A stretch of DNA of 64,000 nucleotides, taken from NCBI GenBank assembly GCA_964586925.1, contig CAZPJI010000002.1, forward strand, positions 64,039 to 128,038, read 5' to 3'. The DNA is from an uncultured Gammaproteobacteria bacterium (GTDB taxonomy: Bacteria > Pseudomonadota > Gammaproteobacteria > JAKDMP01). The first letter of the stretch is position 1; each line of letters starts with the position of its first letter. Shown in pieces: positions 48,172 through 58,473 of the stretch. The notes below the pieces were generated by a model. That model saw only the letters and a program-made list of their open reading frames with translations, was not told the origin of the DNA and searched no databases. The translations under genes were made by a program, and so were the position numbers.

Positions 48172-49269
48172 CTATTGAGCCGCGGCACGCCAGGCGGCGC
48201 GAACGAGTTCCTGGAAGTGGTGGACGCCGGACTCGCGTTTCGGCGACAGGCGACCCGCCTGGTATGAACCCGACTCCAATCCGATCTGTACGCGCTCGCA
48301 GATGGCGACGTCTTCTTTTTGGACCTCGTCGCTGAAGTCGCGGTCCGCCTGGATGGCTGCGCGCGCCGCCGGCGAATCCGTATCCATGTAGAAATAATCG
48401 AACACCACGCGGCAGCGGCGTTGTGACAATGGGATCACCTGGTTGACCTGCAGCCGGTCGGGCAGGATGTTGAGCATCAGGTTTGGCCAGATGAAGTAAT
48501 AGAACGCCTCGCCCGTTTTGTACGGCCCGCGGTCGCCGTCGAGCGGGCTCTGCTGCCAGGAATACCACTCCGAAAGGTGCGTGTCGTAGCTGCGGTAGTC
48601 GAGCAACCGGTTCAGGCCCGGATGGACGTGCGGGAGGTGGTAGCCCTCCAAGTAGTTGTCCACGTAGGCCTTCCAGTTGCAATCGATGTCGTAGACGTCG
48701 CGTACCTGAAATTGCATCTTCGACAGGTCCGTCGGTTGAATGCGTTCCCGAATACCCGCCATCAGCTCCCCGAGTTCCACCACCGGTTGTCCAACGGCGG
48801 CGAAGACCAGCCCCTCCCATTCCGCGACATGTACCGGGTCCAGGTGGATACAGGAAACATCGAAATCCCGCGCGGCTTCCATCTCGTGCGCGGAGCGCAA
48901 CTGCCCTTCCAGCGTGTAGGTCCAGCCGTGGTACTTGCAGCGCAACTGGCGGGCATTGCCGTTTTCCAGCGCCAGCGGCCCAGCGCGGTGGCGGCAGACG
49001 TTGAAAAAACCGCGCAGTACGCCATCATTGCCGCGCACCGCGATGACCGGCTTGCCCGCCACCTCGGCGACGACGTGATCGCCCGCTTCGCGCAATTGGC
49101 CCGCGCGGCCGACGAGCTGCCACGTGCGCGCGAAAATGCAATCCAGCTCGAAAGCATGGAATGCGGGATCAGCATACGCATGCCCCGGCAACGTGACCGC
49201 ATCTTCCAGCGCCCGTGCCGCCATATCCTCGCGGGACAATACCTTGGGCATATGAGTCACGCCGTTCAC
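48172..49269 (-). CDS. Rieske [2Fe-2S] non-heme iron oxygenase alpha subunit (aromatic-ring-hydroxylating / GbcA-like family)
   Basis: Rieske motif CRHRAG...CKYHGWTY. The C-terminal catalytic domain has a mononuclear iron site (EGYHLPHVHP). Confidence 0.8.
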   Translation of the reverse strand: MNGVTHMPKVLSREDMAARALEDAVTLPGHAYADPAFHAFELDCIFARTWQLVGRAGQLREAGDHVVAEVAGKPVIAVRGNDGVLRGFFNVCRHRAGPLALENGNARQLRCKYHGWTYTLEGQLRSAHEMEAARDFDVSCIHLDPVHVAEWEGLVFAAVGQPVVELGELMAGIRERIQPTDLSKMQFQVRDVYDIDCNWKAYVDNYLEGYHLPHVHPGLNRLLDYRSYDTHLSEWYSWQQSPLDGDRGPYKTGEAFYYFIWPNLMLNILPDRLQVNQVIPLSQRRCRVVFDYFYMDTDSPAARAAIQADRDFSDEVQKEDVAICERVQIGLESGSYQAGRLSPKRESGVHHFQELVRAAWRAAAQ

Positions 49270-49311
49270 GCCGTCACTTACTTGGGAACCGTGTCTGCAC
49301 GACGGTTACTT

Positions 49312-50760
49312 TCAGACCTGCCAGAGGGCCATGAAGTCGGTGACGGAAGTTTTTTCCAGCGTCTTCTGGTCCGCGCACAGGACCTTGAGGGTTTCGCACT
49401 GCTCGGCGGAGAGGTGATCGGCGATGGCATGCTCGAATTTCTTCACCAGGACCGGGATGCCCTCGGCACGACGCTTGCGGTGGCCGATCGGATATTCCAC
49501 CTCCACCCGCTCGGTGCTGGTGCCGTCCTTGAAGAATACCTGGATGGCGTTGCCGATGTAGCGCTTGGCCGGATCGTAGTAGTCTTTCGTGAACTGCTCG
49601 TTCTCGCGCACTTGCATCTTCGCGCGCAGTTCATCGACACGCGGGTCTGCCGCGACCTCGTCCTCGTAATCCGACGCCGTCAACCGGCCGAATATCAGCG
49701 GGATCGCGGACATGTACTGGATGCAGTGATCACGGTCGGCCGGGTTGTTGAGCTCGCCGGTCTTGTCGATGATGCGCACGCCCGGCTCCTGGGTCTCGAT
49801 CACGATCTTCTCGATCTCATCGAGCCGGTCCTTGACCTCCGGATGCAGCGTCATCGCGCATTCCACCGCCGTCTGGGCATGGAACTCGGCCGGGAAGGAA
49901 ATCTTGAGGAGCACGTTCTCCATCACGTAGCTGCCGTACTCGCGCTGGAACAGGAACGGCTCGCCCTTGAACAGCACGTCGTAGAAGCCCCAGGTCTTCG
50001 CCGACAGCGCCGTCGGGTAGCCCATCTCGCCGGTCAGAGCAATAAGGGCGAGGCGCACGCCGCGCGAGGTGGCATCGCCCGCCGCCCAGCTCTTGCGTGA
50101 TCCGGCGTTGGGCGCATGACGATAGGTGCGCAGTGCACCGCCGTCGATGAACGAATGCGAAACGGCATTGATGATCTGCTCACGCGTGCCGCCGAGCATC
50201 TCGGTCACCACGGCTGTGGTCGCCAGGCGAACCAGCAACACGTGGTCCAGTCCGACCCGGTTGAAGGAATTCTCCAGCGCGATCACACCTTGGATCTCGT
50301 GGGCCTTGATCATCGCCGTCAGCACGTCCTTCATGGCGAGTGGCGCCTTGCCCGTGGCCTCGTTACGGCGCGAGACATAGTCGGCCACGGCGAGGATGCC
50401 GCCGAGGTTGTCGGAGGGGTGGCCCCACTCCGCAGCAAGCCAGGTATCGTTGAAATCCAGCCAGCGGATCATCGCGCCGATGTTGAACGCCGCCTGCACC
50501 GGATCAAGCTCGTAACTGGTACCCGGGACACGCGCGCCGCCCTCGAGCGTCGCGCCCGGCACCACCGGTCCCATCAGTTTGGTGCAGGCCCGGTAGTTAA
50601 GTGCCAACATGCCGCAGGCGAGCGTGTCCATGAGATCGTAGCGCGCGGTTTCATACGCTTCGTTGCTGTCGATCTTGTAGTTGATGACGTAATCGGCGAT
50701 GTCGGTCAGCACCTGCTCGGGAGCGGGGCGCTTGGCGGATTTGATGTCGTGACTGGACAA
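49312..50760 (-). CDS. prpD: 2-methylcitrate dehydratase PrpD (probable TTG start with GGAGA RBS; the ORF tracker extends it to 51072, overlapping prpC)
   Basis: MmgE/PrpD family. The N-terminus aligns to E. coli PrpD ([35 protein letters not shown]). Downstream of prpC. Confidence 0.85.
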   Translation of the reverse strand: MSSHDIKSAKRPAPEQVLTDIADYVINYKIDSNEAYETARYDLMDTLACGMLALNYRACTKLMGPVVPGATLEGGARVPGTSYELDPVQAAFNIGAMIRWLDFNDTWLAAEWGHPSDNLGGILAVADYVSRRNEATGKAPLAMKDVLTAMIKAHEIQGVIALENSFNRVGLDHVLLVRLATTAVVTEMLGGTREQIINAVSHSFIDGGALRTYRHAPNAGSRKSWAAGDATSRGVRLALIALTGEMGYPTALSAKTWGFYDVLFKGEPFLFQREYGSYVMENVLLKISFPAEFHAQTAVECAMTLHPEVKDRLDEIEKIVIETQEPGVRIIDKTGELNNPADRDHCIQYMSAIPLIFGRLTASDYEDEVAADPRVDELRAKMQVRENEQFTKDYYDPAKRYIGNAIQVFFKDGTSTERVEVEYPIGHRKRRAEGIPVLVKKFEHAIADHLSAEQCETLKVLCADQKTLEKTSVTDFMALWQV

Positions 50761-50780
50761 TGCTTTATCTCCATGCTTGC

Positions 50781-50830
50781 GTGGGAGCGGCCGTCCCGGC
50801 CGCGATCGCGACGGGGACCGTCGCTCCCAC
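50781..50830. repeat. Compact REP-like palindrome (gtgggagcggccgtcccggccgcgatcgcgacggggaccgtcgctcccac), family A, in the prpC-prpD intergenic region
   Basis: Outer 9-bp arms gtgggagcg/cgctcccac with inner near-complementary sequence. It is built from the same unit as 27807 and 47815. Confidence 0.7.
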
Positions 50831-50843
50831 AGGTGGCTACGAT

Positions 50844-52001
50844 TTACGAACGTTTGTCGATGGGGACGAATTTCTGGTCTTCCGGCCCCGTGTAGTTCGC
50901 GCTCGGGCGAATGATCTTGCCATCGGCTCGCTGCTCCATGACATGCGCGCTCCAGCCGGTGGTACGCGCGATGACGAACAGCGGCGTGAACATCGCCGTG
51001 GGGACGCCCAGCATGTGATACGACACCGCCGAGAACCAGTCGAGGTTCGGGAACATTTTCTTCGCGTCCCACATGACCGATTCGATCCGCTCGGCAATAT
51101 CGAAGAGCTTCATGTCGCCGGCTTCCTCGGACAGTTCCTTCGCGACCTTCTTGATAACCTTGTTGCGCGGATCGCTGACCGTGTAGACCGGATGACCGAA
51201 ACCAATCACGATTTCCTTGGCTTCAACGCGCTTGCGAATATCGGCCTCGGCCTCGTCGGGATCGTTATAGCGGCTCTGGATGTCGAACGCGACTTCATTG
51301 GCGCCGCCATGCTTGGGTCCGCGTAGCGCGCCGATCGCGCCGGTGATAGCCGAATACATATCGGCGCCGGTGCCCGCGATCACACGCGAGGTGAAAGTCG
51401 AGGCATTGAATTCATGCTCGGCATAGAGGATCAGCGAGGTATGCATGGCGCGCACCTGCATGGCGGTGGGTTCCTTGCCGTGCAGGAGATGCAGGAAGTG
51501 GCCGCCGATGGAATCGTCATCGGTCTCGACGTCGATCATGCGCCCGTTGTGGCTCCAGTGATACCAGTAGCAGAGCATGGAGCCGAGCGAGGCGATCAGC
51601 CGGTCGGCGATGTCGCGCGCCCCGGCGGGGTTGTGATCGTCCTTCTCCGGCAGTGTGCAACCCAGGGCCGACACGCCCGTGCGCATCACATCCATCGGAT
51701 GCGAGGCGGCCGGCAACTGCTCGAGCGCCGTGCGCACCACGTCGGGCAGGCCACGCAGGCGCGCCAGCTTGGCCTTGTAGGCAACGAGTTCCGCACGGTT
51801 CGGCAGCTTTCCATGGACCAGCAGGTAGGCCACTTCCTCGAACTCGCACTTCTCGGCGATGTCTAGAATGTCGTAGCCGCGGTAATGCAGGTCGTTGCCG
51901 CTGCGGCCGACCGTGCACAACGCCGTGTTGCCGGCGGCGATGCCGGACAGCGCGACGGATTTCTTCGGCTTCGGCATAGTCTGCCTGGCGTCCTCGCTCA
52001 T
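50844..52001 (-). CDS. prpC: 2-methylcitrate synthase PrpC
   Basis: Citrate synthase family, ~385 aa (type II, short). Motifs GYRGYDI, HGGANE. Flanked by prpB and prpD. Confidence 0.88.
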   Translation of the reverse strand: MSEDARQTMPKPKKSVALSGIAAGNTALCTVGRSGNDLHYRGYDILDIAEKCEFEEVAYLLVHGKLPNRAELVAYKAKLARLRGLPDVVRTALEQLPAASHPMDVMRTGVSALGCTLPEKDDHNPAGARDIADRLIASLGSMLCYWYHWSHNGRMIDVETDDDSIGGHFLHLLHGKEPTAMQVRAMHTSLILYAEHEFNASTFTSRVIAGTGADMYSAITGAIGALRGPKHGGANEVAFDIQSRYNDPDEAEADIRKRVEAKEIVIGFGHPVYTVSDPRNKVIKKVAKELSEEAGDMKLFDIAERIESVMWDAKKMFPNLDWFSAVSYHMLGVPTAMFTPLFVIARTTGWSAHVMEQRADGKIIRPSANYTGPEDQKFVPIDKRS

Positions 52002-52030
52002 TGTTCATACCTCTCTGTAAAAATGAATTG

Positions 52031-52627
52031 TCAGCCTTCGAACTGCTCGTCCTTGGGCACTCCGGAACAGGAACTCACCGGCTGCCCCTGCGGCTGCAGA
52101 TTGCGGAAATCCAGCGTGCTCGTCCAGCAATCACCGAGAGTGGAGCAGTAACAGGTTCGGATGGTCACGTCCTTGACGAATTTCGACTTGAAGCGCAACC
52201 ATGCCTTCTGCCCGAATATCACAAGAAAATTCAGGGTATTGCCCGGCGACAAGACCGTATGGTTAAACGAGGACACTTCAAGCTTCGGAGTGGAGTGATA
52301 TCCGAGTGCCTTGAAGACATGATCCCGGCCCGGCTGGGGCTTGCCATCCACGAGCACCTCGACACTGCGCATGATCGCCGGTCCGACGCCCTTGTTCAGA
52401 GCTTCCAGGGCACCGCCATGACTCGCGACGGGAACGCCACCATTGATGATTTGGCTCGGCAGATAATCGGATTCCCCCAATTGCAGATACGGCCAGACCT
52501 GCGCGCGCGTCTGCTGGCGCACGTTCCAGGCGGTATAGCCGGAGATAAAGATTGCCAGCAGGCCAATCAACGCAGCAACGACGGCCGCGATGGCGTCCCA
52601 GTTGTAGTTGTAATTGTCATTGTTCAT
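52031..52627 (-). CDS. Hypothetical membrane-anchored protein with a Cys-rich C-terminus, inserted between prpB and prpC
   Basis: 198 aa. Asn-rich N-terminus MNNDNYNYNW, one TM helix (IAAVVAALIGLLAIFISGYTAW), and a C-terminal domain with CYCSTLGDCW...SSCSG. Lower GC than its neighbours. No recognisable family motif. Confidence 0.5.
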   Translation of the reverse strand: MNNDNYNYNWDAIAAVVAALIGLLAIFISGYTAWNVRQQTRAQVWPYLQLGESDYLPSQIINGGVPVASHGGALEALNKGVGPAIMRSVEVLVDGKPQPGRDHVFKALGYHSTPKLEVSSFNHTVLSPGNTLNFLVIFGQKAWLRFKSKFVKDVTIRTCYCSTLGDCWTSTLDFRNLQPQGQPVSSCSGVPKDEQFEG

Positions 52628-52633
52628 AGGACT

Positions 52634-53518
52634 TCAACCTTCCTCGCCGCCGAACAGCGCATCGAGCTTCTGCTCGTAACGGTGGTAATCGAGATGCTCG
52701 TACAGCTCCTCGCGCGTCTGCATCTTTTCGATCAGGTTCTTCTGTGTGCCCTCGCGGCGCACGGTCTCGTAAAACTCCAGCGCGGCCTTGTTCATCATCC
52801 GGTAGGCCCCGCAGCACAGGAGCTGAATGTCGACGCCGACTCCGGCCAATTCCTCACGGGTCAGCAGCGGCGTCTTGCCGAATTCGGTGATGTTGGCAAG
52901 TATCGGCACCTTCACTGCTTCCTTGAATTGCCGGTACTCGTCGAGACTGCGCACCGCTTCCGGGAAAATCATATCGGCGCCCGCCTCAACACAAGCCAGC
53001 GCTCGCTCGATGCCGGCGTCCATGCCCTCACTGGCGATGGCGTCGGTACGGGCCATGATCACGAACTGCTCATCGGTGCGCGCGTCTACGGCGGCCTTGA
53101 TCCGGTCGACCATCTCTTCCTTCGAGACGATCTCCTTGTTCGGCCGGTGGCCGCAGCGCTTGGCCGCCACCTGATCCTCGATGTGCAGGCCGGCGGCGCC
53201 AAACTTGATGAACGAGCGCACCGTGCGGGCGATGTTGAAGGCGCCGCCCCAGCCGGTGTCGGCGTCCACGAGCAACGGCAGGTCGCAAGTGTCAGTGATG
53301 CGGCGGATGTCGGTGAGCACATCATCCATCGTGGAGATGCCGAGATCGGGCATGCCGAGCGAGTTGGCGGCCACGCCTCCCCCTGATAGATACAGCGCCT
53401 TATGGCCGGCGTCTTTAGCCAGGCGCGCGGTGTAAGCGGTGATGGCACCCACCACCTGCAAAGGACGTTCTGCTTCTACGGTGGCCCGAAAACGGGCTCC
53501 GGCGGATTGTTGGGACAT
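52634..53518 (-). CDS. prpB: 2-methylisocitrate lyase PrpB
   Basis: PEP mutase/isocitrate lyase superfamily. KRCGH catalytic motif, EDQ, and MIFPEA. First gene of the prp cluster. Confidence 0.9.
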   Translation of the reverse strand: MSQQSAGARFRATVEAERPLQVVGAITAYTARLAKDAGHKALYLSGGGVAANSLGMPDLGISTMDDVLTDIRRITDTCDLPLLVDADTGWGGAFNIARTVRSFIKFGAAGLHIEDQVAAKRCGHRPNKEIVSKEEMVDRIKAAVDARTDEQFVIMARTDAIASEGMDAGIERALACVEAGADMIFPEAVRSLDEYRQFKEAVKVPILANITEFGKTPLLTREELAGVGVDIQLLCCGAYRMMNKAALEFYETVRREGTQKNLIEKMQTREELYEHLDYHRYEQKLDALFGGEEG

Positions 53519-53817
53519 GGTCTGGGGTCCGTTTCGCTTTCGTTTTCCGGTCTATTTTACCCGCTTACTGCGGCCTGTTCGGGACGAACAGGGCCCCTGC
53601 GGCTATCACACCTCACTCCGGCACCGCATCGAAGGGCAAGGCCATGCAGCCGAGATGCCGGCCTCTTGGCACAGGCCCGGGCTCAATGATATTTACCACA
53701 GAGCGCACAGCGTTCGAAGAGAGAGCTTGGATCAGATTGAATGCTCGTGCTTTCTCTATGTTTCTCTGAGCACTCTGCGGTTGCCTTTCTTCGTTATCGC
53801 GGCTTGAGCCGCTCCTG

Positions 53818-54930
53818 CTAATCCGTGTCCGCGCCTCGGGGCCGGGTGCTTCCCACAGCGAAGAGTTCTTCCTGGGTCGCGAAATCCGCGGCGTCGACAA
53901 AGCCGGACAACCCTACTCCGACCAAGCGATAAAGTTGCTCCGGCGGGAGGTCGACCCGTTCACGCAGCGCGCAGGCGATGTCGGCCAGTTCCTGCTCGGA
54001 GGACGGCCACATCGGCGGCGTATAGCTACGCGTGAGGATGCGGAAGTCGGCCGTCTTGAGCTTGAGCACCACGGTGCGCGCCACCCGCCCCTCTTCGCGT
54101 TGTGCAGCCGCCCAGGTCTTTTCCGCCAGCCTGCGAATATGGGGCTCGAGCCGGTCCAGGCGCAGATCCTGCGCGAACGTATCCTCGGCCGACACCTGCA
54201 ACGTGGGCCGATCGGTCTCGACGGGGTTGTCGTCTATGCCGCGCGCCAGATCGTACAAGCGCAGTCCCCAGCGCCCGAAACGGTCCTCGAGGAATGCCTG
54301 CGACAGCGTACGCAATTGCCCGACCGTGGCGACATCGAGCTCGGCCAGCCTCTGCCGCATGACCTTGCCCACACCCGGCAACTTGCCCACCGGCAGCGGC
54401 GTCAGGAACGCCTCAATGCGCGCCGGCCTGAGCACGAACAACCCATCGGGCTTGCGCCAGTCGGAAGCGATCTTGGCCAGGTATTTGTTGGGCGCCACCC
54501 CGGCCGAGGCCGTCAGGCCGGTTTCGCGACGGATGGCCTTGCGGATGGCCTGGGCGATCGCCGTCGCCGATGCCAGGCGGATTTTCGGCCGGGTGACATC
54601 CAGATAGGCCTCGTCGAGCGACAGCGGCTCGATCAGGTCCGTGTAGCGGGCAAAGATATCCCGCACCTGGCGGGACACGCCCTTGTAGCGGGGGAAATCC
54701 GGCGGCACGAATACCGCCTTCGGGCACAGCCGCTCGGCCCGTACGGCGGGCATTGCCGAATGCACGCCGAAGCGCCTTGCTTCGTAGCTCGCTGCACACA
54801 CCACCGACCGAGCCCCGCGCCAAGCCACCACTACTGGCCGCCCGCGCAACTCGGGCGTGTCGCGTTGCTCAACCGACGCGTAGAACGCGTCCATGTCGAC
54901 GTGGATGATTTTGCGCGATGGGGGGAACAC
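53818..54930 (-). CDS. dinB: DNA polymerase IV DinB (probable GTG start; the ORF extends to 54993)
   Basis: KIIHVDMDAFYASVEQRD, SLDEAYLDVT, and VAPNKYLAKIASD: canonical Pol IV motifs. Confidence 0.9.
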   Translation of the reverse strand: MFPPSRKIIHVDMDAFYASVEQRDTPELRGRPVVVAWRGARSVVCAASYEARRFGVHSAMPAVRAERLCPKAVFVPPDFPRYKGVSRQVRDIFARYTDLIEPLSLDEAYLDVTRPKIRLASATAIAQAIRKAIRRETGLTASAGVAPNKYLAKIASDWRKPDGLFVLRPARIEAFLTPLPVGKLPGVGKVMRQRLAELDVATVGQLRTLSQAFLEDRFGRWGLRLYDLARGIDDNPVETDRPTLQVSAEDTFAQDLRLDRLEPHIRRLAEKTWAAAQREEGRVARTVVLKLKTADFRILTRSYTPPMWPSSEQELADIACALRERVDLPPEQLYRLVGVGLSGFVDAADFATQEELFAVGSTRPRGADTD

Positions 54931-55045
54931 GGCTCTCGAAGTTGCCCTGGACCGGCTTCCGACCAGCTTACCGCGTGACCGGCAGCCGCCCAATGGGTGT
55001 CCACCTTAAAGGCATACTAGACAGGTCGTTGCGCAACAATCAGCC

Positions 55046-55828
55046 ATGAATTCCATAAACACCCGCAGCAGCACCCAAGACCCACCTCCGTCCCAGGACA
55101 TGTCTCCGCGCCTGCTGTTCCAGCTGTTGGTGCTGCTCACCTTCGCAGCGGGTTTCGTCGATACGGCGGGTTTTCTCCTGCTCTTCGAACTGTTCACCGC
55201 CCACATTACCGGCAACACGGTGATCGTCGCGGCCGACATCGTGCACCGCGGCGGCGACGGCGCCATGGCGGCGCTGCTGATGATGCCGATCTTCATCGGC
55301 ACGGTTGTGGCCTGCACCCTGTTCATGGATTCCGCCCGCGGGCGCTGGAAACGACACACCCTGTCATTGATGATCGTGGCGGAAACGGTGATGCTGGGCA
55401 TATTCTGCGCCGCCGCGCTGCTGCTCGATCCCTCGCGCACATCACCCGACGCGCTGCCGGTCATCGTGGTCGGCGGCATCGGCGTTGTCGCGATGGGCAT
55501 CCAGAACACGATCGCGGGTGAGTTGCCGAAACCTTCAACGGTGATGACCGGCAACCTGACCAACCTGATCATCGACGGCGTACGCTGGATCCGTGCCCTT
55601 CTGACCGCAGACCGCCCCCTGCGTGCGAAAACGCAGGCCCGGCTCGTACTACTGTGGCCCACCTTCCTGGCATTCTCGCTGGGCGCCGTCTTTGCCGCGC
55701 TCGGAGTCGTGACGCTCGGCTACTGGAGCCTGTTGATCCCCGTCCCATTCTCCGCAGCGGCAGCCATATTGTCGTTTCGCGGACGCAGTAGGTCAGAAGC
55801 GGAAGAAGCTGCGCGCCCCTGGGGATAA
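55046..55828 (+). CDS. YoaK/DUF1275 family membrane protein
   Basis: 6-TM protein with AGFVDTAGFLLLFELFTAHITGN, typical of DUF1275. Confidence 0.75.
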   Translation: MNSINTRSSTQDPPPSQDMSPRLLFQLLVLLTFAAGFVDTAGFLLLFELFTAHITGNTVIVAADIVHRGGDGAMAALLMMPIFIGTVVACTLFMDSARGRWKRHTLSLMIVAETVMLGIFCAAALLLDPSRTSPDALPVIVVGGIGVVAMGIQNTIAGELPKPSTVMTGNLTNLIIDGVRWIRALLTADRPLRAKTQARLVLLWPTFLAFSLGAVFAALGVVTLGYWSLLIPVPFSAAAAILSFRGRSRSEAEEAARPWG

Positions 55829-55842
55829 CGCCACGGGGATTT

Positions 55843-56322
55843 TCAGTAACGGACGCGGTTATCAGCGAAGGCGGCTTGCAGGCGTTCCCAGGCCGCGGCC
55901 CCGAGGTGGCGTTCCACCAGGCACAGGTAAGCGGCCGCGAACTCCGGACCATGGGCGGCGACCAGACCGTGGCGCCTGAGGCTCGCCGGATGCGCGATCT
56001 CGTGCAGCAACACAGGCAGTGAGCGGGACCAACGGGGGAAAGAAAAGAGCACGCTGTGGCGGCGCTGATCGTAGGCACTGTAGGCATGGCGCGTGCCGCG
56101 GCCATCCTTGATCCGCACGGCTCCCAACATTCCGAATGTATCGGTGAACCATGACTCGGCGATGACCCCTGCCACGAAACGCTCGACGGCGGCGAAATCC
56201 AGGCGGGGCGTGCTGTCCGAGTAAACATCGAAAGCTTCGCGTTCCGCCCGGTAAACCCGGGCGCGCTGGCTGTCGCGAGGCCTCTCGGGTCGCGGCTTGC
56301 GAGGCCACGAGAATGGGGTCAA
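55843..56322 (-). CDS. Hypothetical protein with HExxH motif (possible SprT/WLM-like zinc metallopeptidase), 159 aa
   Basis: LLHEIAHP...H fits a zinc-binding HExxH(+H) arrangement. No other family signature is recognised. Confidence 0.4.
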   Translation of the reverse strand: MTPFSWPRKPRPERPRDSQRARVYRAEREAFDVYSDSTPRLDFAAVERFVAGVIAESWFTDTFGMLGAVRIKDGRGTRHAYSAYDQRRHSVLFSFPRWSRSLPVLLHEIAHPASLRRHGLVAAHGPEFAAAYLCLVERHLGAAAWERLQAAFADNRVRY

Positions 56323-57356
56323 TAGACCTCCAGGAACATGCGCGGACCTGGGCGCACGTGGCGGTGAAATTCCTCTGTGGTGTACTCCAGAGGATGCTTG
56401 CCTTCGGGCGGCTTGCGCAAGCTGATGTAATCGTCAAAGCCGGCCTGCAGTAGCTCGCGGTAAATCGACCATTCCATATCCTTGATGCCGCACACGTAGA
56501 TCAACGTGTTGGGCTGAGCTAGGGTCTCGCGCAACGCCTCGTTTTCGCCGATCTCGTGGTGCACGTAGCGCTTGAAGCCATTTTCCCGCCGTGCCTCCCG
56601 GGACACCACGGGGCGGTACCTGAAACCGGGCATCTCGTGCTCGGCCTGGGTGAACAGGTCCTGGTACATGTAATCCGTGCGATAGGGCACACCGACCAAC
56701 AAGTGGACTTGCACATTGATATTGGCTTGCAGCAAATCCATCGTCATGGCTCGGAATGGCGCCAGGCCGGTGCCCGTTGCGAAAAATACATAGTTGAATT
56801 TTTCCGGCTCGGTCGGCAACAGGAAACGCTTGCCGGCCGGGCCGGTCATCGCCACTTCATCGCCCGGCTGCAGATCGCACAGGTAATTCGAACATACGCC
56901 GAGATAAAGTTTATGGGTTTCGGGTTGCTCCTCGACCACGCGCTTCACCAGCGTGGACACCAGGCGGCCCTTGCCATCTTCTCCCATCGAGGGCGAGCTC
57001 ACCGAGTAGAGACGGAGCTTATGCGGCTTGCCATTGGCATCCACGCCCGCAGGGATGACGCCGAAACTCTGCCCCGCGCGCATCTGCCCCTCCAACTGCG
57101 TACCGCCTATGTCGAAGGTAACGTGGCGGACGAAATTGGGACTGGACTCGGCGGTCACGATCCGCGACTCGACCAGCGGCACCTGAACCGGCTCCTTGGC
57201 ACGGCACAGATTGATGGCGACTTCAGGCATAACCGGGTTAATTGCGCTCGACTCGTCCAATGCTTCGCTCTCCTGACGCTGATCCGCGGCTGCCCGACCG
57301 CAAACCGGGTCCTCGCCGCCTTCTTTCGGGGTTGGAAAATGGCGTAACTTTATCAT
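56319..57356 (-). CDS. fpr: Ferredoxin-NADP+ reductase, plant/FPR type (start may be the internal MPEVAINL)
   Basis: RLYSVSS FAD-binding motif, GxGxAP-like NAD(P) motif (ATGTGLAPF), and C-terminal aromatic/Y residue. Confidence 0.8.
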   Translation of the reverse strand: MIKLRHFPTPKEGGEDPVCGRAAADQRQESEALDESSAINPVMPEVAINLCRAKEPVQVPLVESRIVTAESSPNFVRHVTFDIGGTQLEGQMRAGQSFGVIPAGVDANGKPHKLRLYSVSSPSMGEDGKGRLVSTLVKRVVEEQPETHKLYLGVCSNYLCDLQPGDEVAMTGPAGKRFLLPTEPEKFNYVFFATGTGLAPFRAMTMDLLQANINVQVHLLVGVPYRTDYMYQDLFTQAEHEMPGFRYRPVVSREARRENGFKRYVHHEIGENEALRETLAQPNTLIYVCGIKDMEWSIYRELLQAGFDDYISLRKPPEGKHPLEYTTEEFHRHVRPGPRMFLEVY

Positions 57357-57402
57357 GCGTATCGGTCACGCCGGTGCCGCCACCACTCACAGACCAGGGC
57401 TC

Positions 57403-57936
57403 TCAGGCGTGTAGTGCCTCTACAAAAACCTGACGTGCAGCATGATCGAAAAGTACACAGCGCACGCGGGCCAAGCCGGGCTGTTGCGGTGCAAACTCGC
57501 GAATGGCGGACAGGCTGACCCGGGCAGCCTCGGCCATGGGATAACCGAACACGCCGGTCGAGATCGCCGGAAAGGCAACGCCACGCATCCCGTGTTCACC
57601 CGCGAGCCGCAACGCATTGCGGTAGCAGGCAGCAAGCAGCTCTGCCGCGGGCTCGTCCTGTCCATAGACCGGCCCCAGGCAATGGATGATCCACCGATTC
57701 GGCAAATCGTGGCCGCCGGTAAGTACCGCTTCACCGGGCTTGATCGGCGCCAGCGGCCGGCATTCCTCGGCCAGTCCCGGGCCGGCAGCACGGTGAATCG
57801 CCCCGGCCACTCCGCCGCCCGGCATCAGCCGTGCATTGGCGGCATTGACGATGGCATCCATATCGGGCTGCTTCGTGATGTCTCCCTGCACTACTTCCAG
57901 CACCAACTCTCCGATCCGGGCCGTGTCTTCAGTCAT
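57403..57936 (-). CDS. Macro-domain protein (O-acetyl-ADP-ribose deacetylase, YmdB-like)
   Basis: VQGDIT...IVNAANARLMPGGGVAGAIHRAAG is the macro domain ADP-ribose binding signature. Confidence 0.85.
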   Translation of the reverse strand: MTEDTARIGELVLEVVQGDITKQPDMDAIVNAANARLMPGGGVAGAIHRAAGPGLAEECRPLAPIKPGEAVLTGGHDLPNRWIIHCLGPVYGQDEPAAELLAACYRNALRLAGEHGMRGVAFPAISTGVFGYPMAEAARVSLSAIREFAPQQPGLARVRCVLFDHAARQVFVEALHA

Positions 57937-58014
57937 GCCGAAATCCTCCAGTCAGCTACAGACAGCATAGTCGAACCGTCTGCTACCCTGCCCCATTAGC
58001 GGAGGAATTCAGCA

Positions 58015-58455
58015 ATGAGCTCACCAGTGCAGGCACGCGACGAGACCGCCGTCGGCGAAGTCCTGATGAAACTGGCACGTGGTTTTGTCGCCAACGACGT
58101 ACAAGGGCTGGACGCCCTCTACGCCGAGGACGCCGACTGGACAAATGCTTTCGAAACCAGCCTCCACGGACGCGACGCGATCATCCGGTATCTGGAAAAA
58201 CTGTTTGCCGATTCACGCTTTGAAGCCGGTCACATGGTAGGTAAGCCACAGGCTTCGATCCGCTTCGTAGGGGACGGTACGATTGCTATCGTCAAGACTT
58301 ACGTCGAACGCGAAGATCAGCAGACCATAGCCGGCGGCGAACTACCGGTACGACGCAACCACTCGTTGAAGGTCCTGGAGAAACGAGATGGGTGCTGGCA
58401 GATCCTGTCCGAGATCTATATGGATGCGCGCGATGAACAAACCTTGGTCGACTGA
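58015..58455 (+). CDS. SnoaL-like / DUF4440 (SgcJ/EcaC family) NTF2-fold protein
   Basis: 146 aa with the pattern ...FVANDVQGLDALYAEDADWTN...GRDAIIRYL... typical of the SgcJ/EcaC family. Confidence 0.65.
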   Translation: MSSPVQARDETAVGEVLMKLARGFVANDVQGLDALYAEDADWTNAFETSLHGRDAIIRYLEKLFADSRFEAGHMVGKPQASIRFVGDGTIAIVKTYVEREDQQTIAGGELPVRRNHSLKVLEKRDGCWQILSEIYMDARDEQTLVD

Positions 58456-58473
58456 CCATTTCCCCAGGCAGAC

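Noticed and set aside
48577-50100. 507-aa plus-strand ORF
   Set aside because: It is antisense to the Rieske oxygenase and prpD genes.
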